A stretch of 64,000 bases of DNA, taken from NCBI GenBank assembly GCA_030248215.1, contig JASANG010003696.1, forward strand, positions 372,001 to 436,000, written 5' to 3'. Source of the stretch: Enoplolaimus lenunculus. Its lineage: Eukaryota. The position numbers and the translations under genes were made by a program. The notes beneath the pieces are model-generated. The model made no database searches and was not told the origin of the DNA. It saw nothing but the letters and a program-made list of their open reading frames with translations. Shown in pieces: positions 59,323-64,000 of this stretch. The number at the start of each line of letters is the position of its first letter. The stretch's first letter is position 1.

Positions 59323-61002
59323 AGCGTATCAGCTGCGCCTCTAAACTAAAATCAAGTCTATAAAATGTTAGTCCTGATAAGCCATAGATTAGATTGACCT
59401 TTTCCTGGCGTATAAAATATATATAAACCTCAGAATCCAATACACATCGAGGTTCAACAAATAAGAAAACACCAATCTGCTCTATTCAACAAGCGTATAT
59501 CCTTAATCTAAACCTCGCTCTCTCTATATACATCTACACTCTTCGTTGTGTTGCCCTTATTACTGTTGTCTTCAATTCTGTACTGTCTTGAAATACGCTG
59601 TACGATTATATACCAGATAGGATCATCAAGCGAAGGGAAGGAAGGGCGGTGGTATATCCTATCCTCAAAATTTGATGCGAGACAGCAAAGAAAAAACAAC
59701 ACAAAGAAAAAAAACCAAATAGGTTCCATAATATTGTGGATTTTTGGAGCTCATCTTAGGTCATCTTTACCCGCTGCTCGGACACAAAAAATGACATTTA
59801 TTATTCAGTTTCGAAATGAAATACTGGTAGGGCCGGAGCAGCCATACCCCATACCCCGATTTGGGAACCAAGCCCCACCTTAACATGATTTTCCACAAAA
59901 AATTTGCAAAATATTTTGATCATCACAAAGGGCTCAACCCCGGAATTTGGGGGGGGGGGGCGGCGGGCACCCTAGCCTGCTCAGGCACTGAATCCTGGCT
60001 ACGCTTGTACATGATTGCTCTTTTCGTCTTGGAACTTGTTGTTCCTTCGGTTTGTGTTGTTCGTCTCCAATTCTGTTGTTCTGTGGGGCGTTCAGCGAGA
60101 TACACATGCTATGCGGGAAGTTTCAAGACGGAACAGGGGAATTTTAATTGACTTACAGGAAACCTAAAACTTAACTATACTGTAAGAATTTTTTAAACAA
60201 AATAGGTTATCCGCACCCTCTCACCTGCATCCAACTGGTTAACTCGCTTGATTTCAGTATCTTTCACTGTGCCTGTCATTTTTACACTATCAACTTGCAG
60301 GGGTGAAGCCCGGATACCATTTCGGCAAAGTATAACGTCAAAAGCTTTTCAGAACAGACCCAAATATCCAACAGTCAGCCCCTAAAAACGCACCCCCTGC
60401 TCAGGACCGTAACCAGTTCCGGCCTGATAGGCAGTAGCGTTAAAATATTAATAGACGCATACAAGGATTTCAGATGACACACATACAAGCGAAGTTGAAA
60501 CTGTTCTACGACGGCTAAAATCTTTTTAGGGGTGTTGGCCTAACTGACTCAACTCCATCTGTGGCCCCCACCCCGGCCTTCTACCGTTTCCTTCGTTTAT
60601 TTATCGGTCGTTACAATTCCGTCCCCCCCCCTCGGCCATTTTGTCATGCTTCCCATCACTTCTCGATATAATATATACATATTTGATACGCACTTCAAAC
60701 CCATGAACACCATACAGTTAAAGCAGAATAAAATCTTAAGCTAGCAACCCAGCGTGTCTACGCCACGGGCGTCCGCAAAAATCATATTTGGGGGGAGGTA
60801 CGGAGTAATTTTGAGGAGCCCCTACAATTGCAATTCAAAACGGTTTCCTTTTGACTGAGTCTATTTGGGAACACCAACCAAATTTGAGTGGGGGGCACAG
60901 CCCCAATAATGCTCTTCCCCGTGTGGACGATTTTTGCCTACGCTACGATCTCAAACCGATGCTGACACTACTAGGTATGTGCTGTCTGAAATATGACAAG
61001 CA

Positions 61003-61159
61003 CGGGCCCATAGTCAAGGCGGGCGAGGGGTCTCAGCCCCCGTGGAAAAATTGCCCCCTAGAAAAGTTTCTATCTGCTAGTAAGTCAACGAAAAGCCTTG
61101 TATGCCCCTCCTAAAAAATTTTATAGCCCCCTTAGCAAAGTGAGCTGGCTACGGGCCAG
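61003..61159. mobile_element. hAT-like MITE (CAGGCCCGTAGCCAG-type TIR, 8-bp TSD); copies ~10078-10246, 21165-21329, 37380-37536, 39777-39941, 49535-49691
   Basis: Ends CGGGCCCATAGTCA...GAGCTGGCTACGGGCCAG, perfect TSD GACAAGCA. Near-perfect TSDs at other copies (GTTAAATG/GTTAAATA). Confidence 0.75.
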
Positions 61160-64000
61160 GACAAGCAACTATAAAATCGTGCCGGCCGGATGTGGCAGGG
61201 CCCCAGTCGTCCAATCAAAATTTGTCTTAATCGTTAACGAACTGCCATTACAAATGACAACGTTCCAGCCGTTTTTTCGATCGAGGGGATGGCTGGCATG
61301 CGGGAACGCTTTTCACGAGGAACGTCACCAAAGAGGTACAGCTGTTGGTCGAAAAACAGATGCCCACTTAAATCCGGCAAGCAATCCAACATTTGAAGCA
61401 TCGTGAGCGACGCGACCCGAGCAGACTGATATGTGGGTAAGAAGTTTTGACCCAAACCGCGTTTCACCCACGCAAATAAAGTTTTTTTACCCTCGGGTAT
61501 GTATATTCGCGCAAAACCCATCTGCCCGAAACCCACCTGTTACCCGCATCTGAAGCCAAACCATCAGTTTAATGATCGCAGGTGATTTGAAATTTAATGA
61601 AGTTTTACGTTATAGCTTCAACGAATGTTACACATGATGGAAGTTTACTAAAAATAACAAAATTTCAATCCCGACTAAATATAAAGCACCGGAACAGCAA
61701 ATGATCAGAAGTAAAACAGACAATAGCGTATGTTTTGCAGCTTAAAACTTAAACGTTTGACGCATGTAAAAATGGACAACTTTTTACCCGAGTGATACAA
61801 ATCTTTACTCGCGATACCAGCGATTGAAATCCTTTACCCGACCCGCGTTTACCCGCGGGTAAAGTCTTACTCTGAATCCAACAAGCCAGCGCAATGTTTT
61901 TTAATTCCAACCCGAAACTTTAGTCTTAGACGAATTGTCATGATACCGTCAGCGATACCGCTGTATTTTTTGAAACCCCTGTTCTCGCGTGCCTGCGAAA
62001 TGGAGTCCACACGTCCGCCTTTTTCCTCAGTCCAATCTGCTTTATTCCGGCTAAAATAATCGTTAACCATTGGCCAACGCTATTTCAAATGCCAACGTTT
62101 TGGCCATTTTTTGGTGCTGGTCCTTAAAACCCAAATTGCTCACAATAATTCGGGCCCGTAGCAAGCATAGCGCCAAGAGAATGGCTTCAACATCGCTTTC
62201 ATTAAAAATCCTTACATGCTTCTTCCAAATCTTTGTATCCCATCCCAAGCGCGTTGAGCTGGCTACGGGGGGTTTGCGATAAATGCTTGTATAATTCATA
62301 ATACATGCTACCAACAACACATATCATCTACAACAACTATAATGAAATATCAACGGGGTTCACACATACTACGACAACAATGAATTTCAACCGCGGTGGC
62401 TCGAGGGGGTTCACACAGAATAAGACAACAATGAACATCCACCGCGGTGGGACGGTGCCATATTGAATCGGGCGATAGAGTGAATATATTCGTTCCCGAA
62501 ATTTTTGTGGTAAAATACGAAAAATCGCTTTTAACAGACTTTAAAATAACATTGTTGATTATGGAAATCAAAAAATTTACTATTCAGAAAGTTTATACTC
62601 TTCCGAACTGAACTCGTGACGTGGCCTTTGTTCAACGGTAACAAACGGACGTCATCATAATTAAAACGATCACACAACGTGAGCAACAAACACAACTACA
62701 ACACTAACCACAACAACACAAAACAAAACGAAACAAATCAACAAACAAACAACCAAACAACCAACCAACCAACCAACCAACCAACCAAACAAACAATCAA
62801 ACAAACAATCAAACAAACAATCAAACAAGCAATCAATCAAACAAACAAACAAACAAACAAAAACAATAAACAAAACGGCATCTACACCCCCCACAACAAC
62901 TAAAACAACGGCTCTTGTACATACCCCCCGACAGTATCTGTATCTCAAAATTTTGAGTAATTTGTCATAAGTTAGGCTTAGACTTACTTCACTTTTTATC
63001 AGGAATTGGTTAAAATAATTTCGACTAAGATTCACGCTTAGCGTTCATCTAGCAGTCAAATCAGGTTAACATTTTCGCTTGCGGTAGGAGTGTATACAAT
63101 ATAGCCTTATACAAACAAAACCAATAACCAAGAAACTGCGTTTGGTTCTGGTTGGAGCACATGAATACCTACGTGAGTCGCACAACAACAAGCAAATGAC
63201 ATGAGCCACTTTTAGCTGTCTCAGCTTAGTCAGTCAAAAATGTCATATATACATATATTTGTATGTGCTTAAATATGTACATATATATGGTTATATATAG
63301 AAATATAATTATTTACATATGTAAATATATATTACTTATATATACATACATATATACTTCTATAAAAACACATGTATATACATATACACATGTATGTGTT
63401 TGTGTTTGATAAAGACCCATTCATGACTTACCCGAACCGTGAGCCCAAAGTGAGCTTATATATGGTATATGTCAATACATACGTAATGTATATAAAATAT
63501 GTATATATGTGTACATAGCAATATGTACATGTATGTAACATGTATATATGTGTATATGTGTGTATGTATATGTTTATTATTGTATCACAATGGGAATGTA
63601 TACATTTCACGTGTTCGTAATGTCGAAATGGCCCAATTCTGGTATATCAGCTACATTGCAGGCAGGATTGATATGTGCCGTTACACAATTATATATAGAG
63701 AAGCATAAAAATGCTATACCGTATTAAATTCATACAAACAGGCAAAAAGGCAAACGCTATTAGATAAAAGAGGCTTTGTATGAACAGCGCCATGTCGGTG
63801 TTTAAAGCCCTATTCACACAAGTTTTTGGTAAGAGAATTTTCAACTGCAACTTGCACTGGCAAGTTTTGCCCAAAATCTCATTCGATACGCTTGCCGCCG
63901 CAAATAATTCATTAAAAATCATAAATGTCACTGAATTTATTGCAGCCGCATTCTCATTGGCTGATGAAAAATGCCTAGTTTTGCGTGCAATTTACAGCTG

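Overview
Eukaryotic, intron-containing, AT-rich genomic DNA, most likely from a nematode (TTTCAG-type splice acceptors, TTAGGC telomere-type hexamers, unc-61- and pac-1-like genes). The taxon is inferred, not proven. Four protein-coding loci can be reconstructed by hand: (1) the last exon of a UBASH3/Sts-type histidine phosphatase (+, 827-1074); (2) a peptide-receptor-like rhodopsin GPCR with an uninterrupted CDS (-, 2617-4416); (3) an 11-exon SEPT6-group septin, unc-61-like (+, 29340-33378, 418 aa); (4) an ARHGAP21/23 / PAC-1-like RhoGAP (-, 43134 to at least 52508) with a ~1490-aa low-complexity polyQ tail. The rest is a dense mosaic of short non-autonomous transposons (MITEs with 2-, 3- and 8-bp target duplications), a mini-Helitron, tRNA-derived SINE heads, minisatellites and A/C-only tracts. 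The most striking unexplained structure is a MITE family (~16 copies, GGCC termini, 8-bp TSDs) whose interior is telomeric TTAGGC repeat. Also notable are an inverted-repeat element that supplies the GPCR stop codon and a fossil SGNH-esterase-like frame downstream of a TATA/initiator promoter. No CRISPR array, rRNA or autonomous transposase was seen. Family assignments come from recalled motifs, not database searches.
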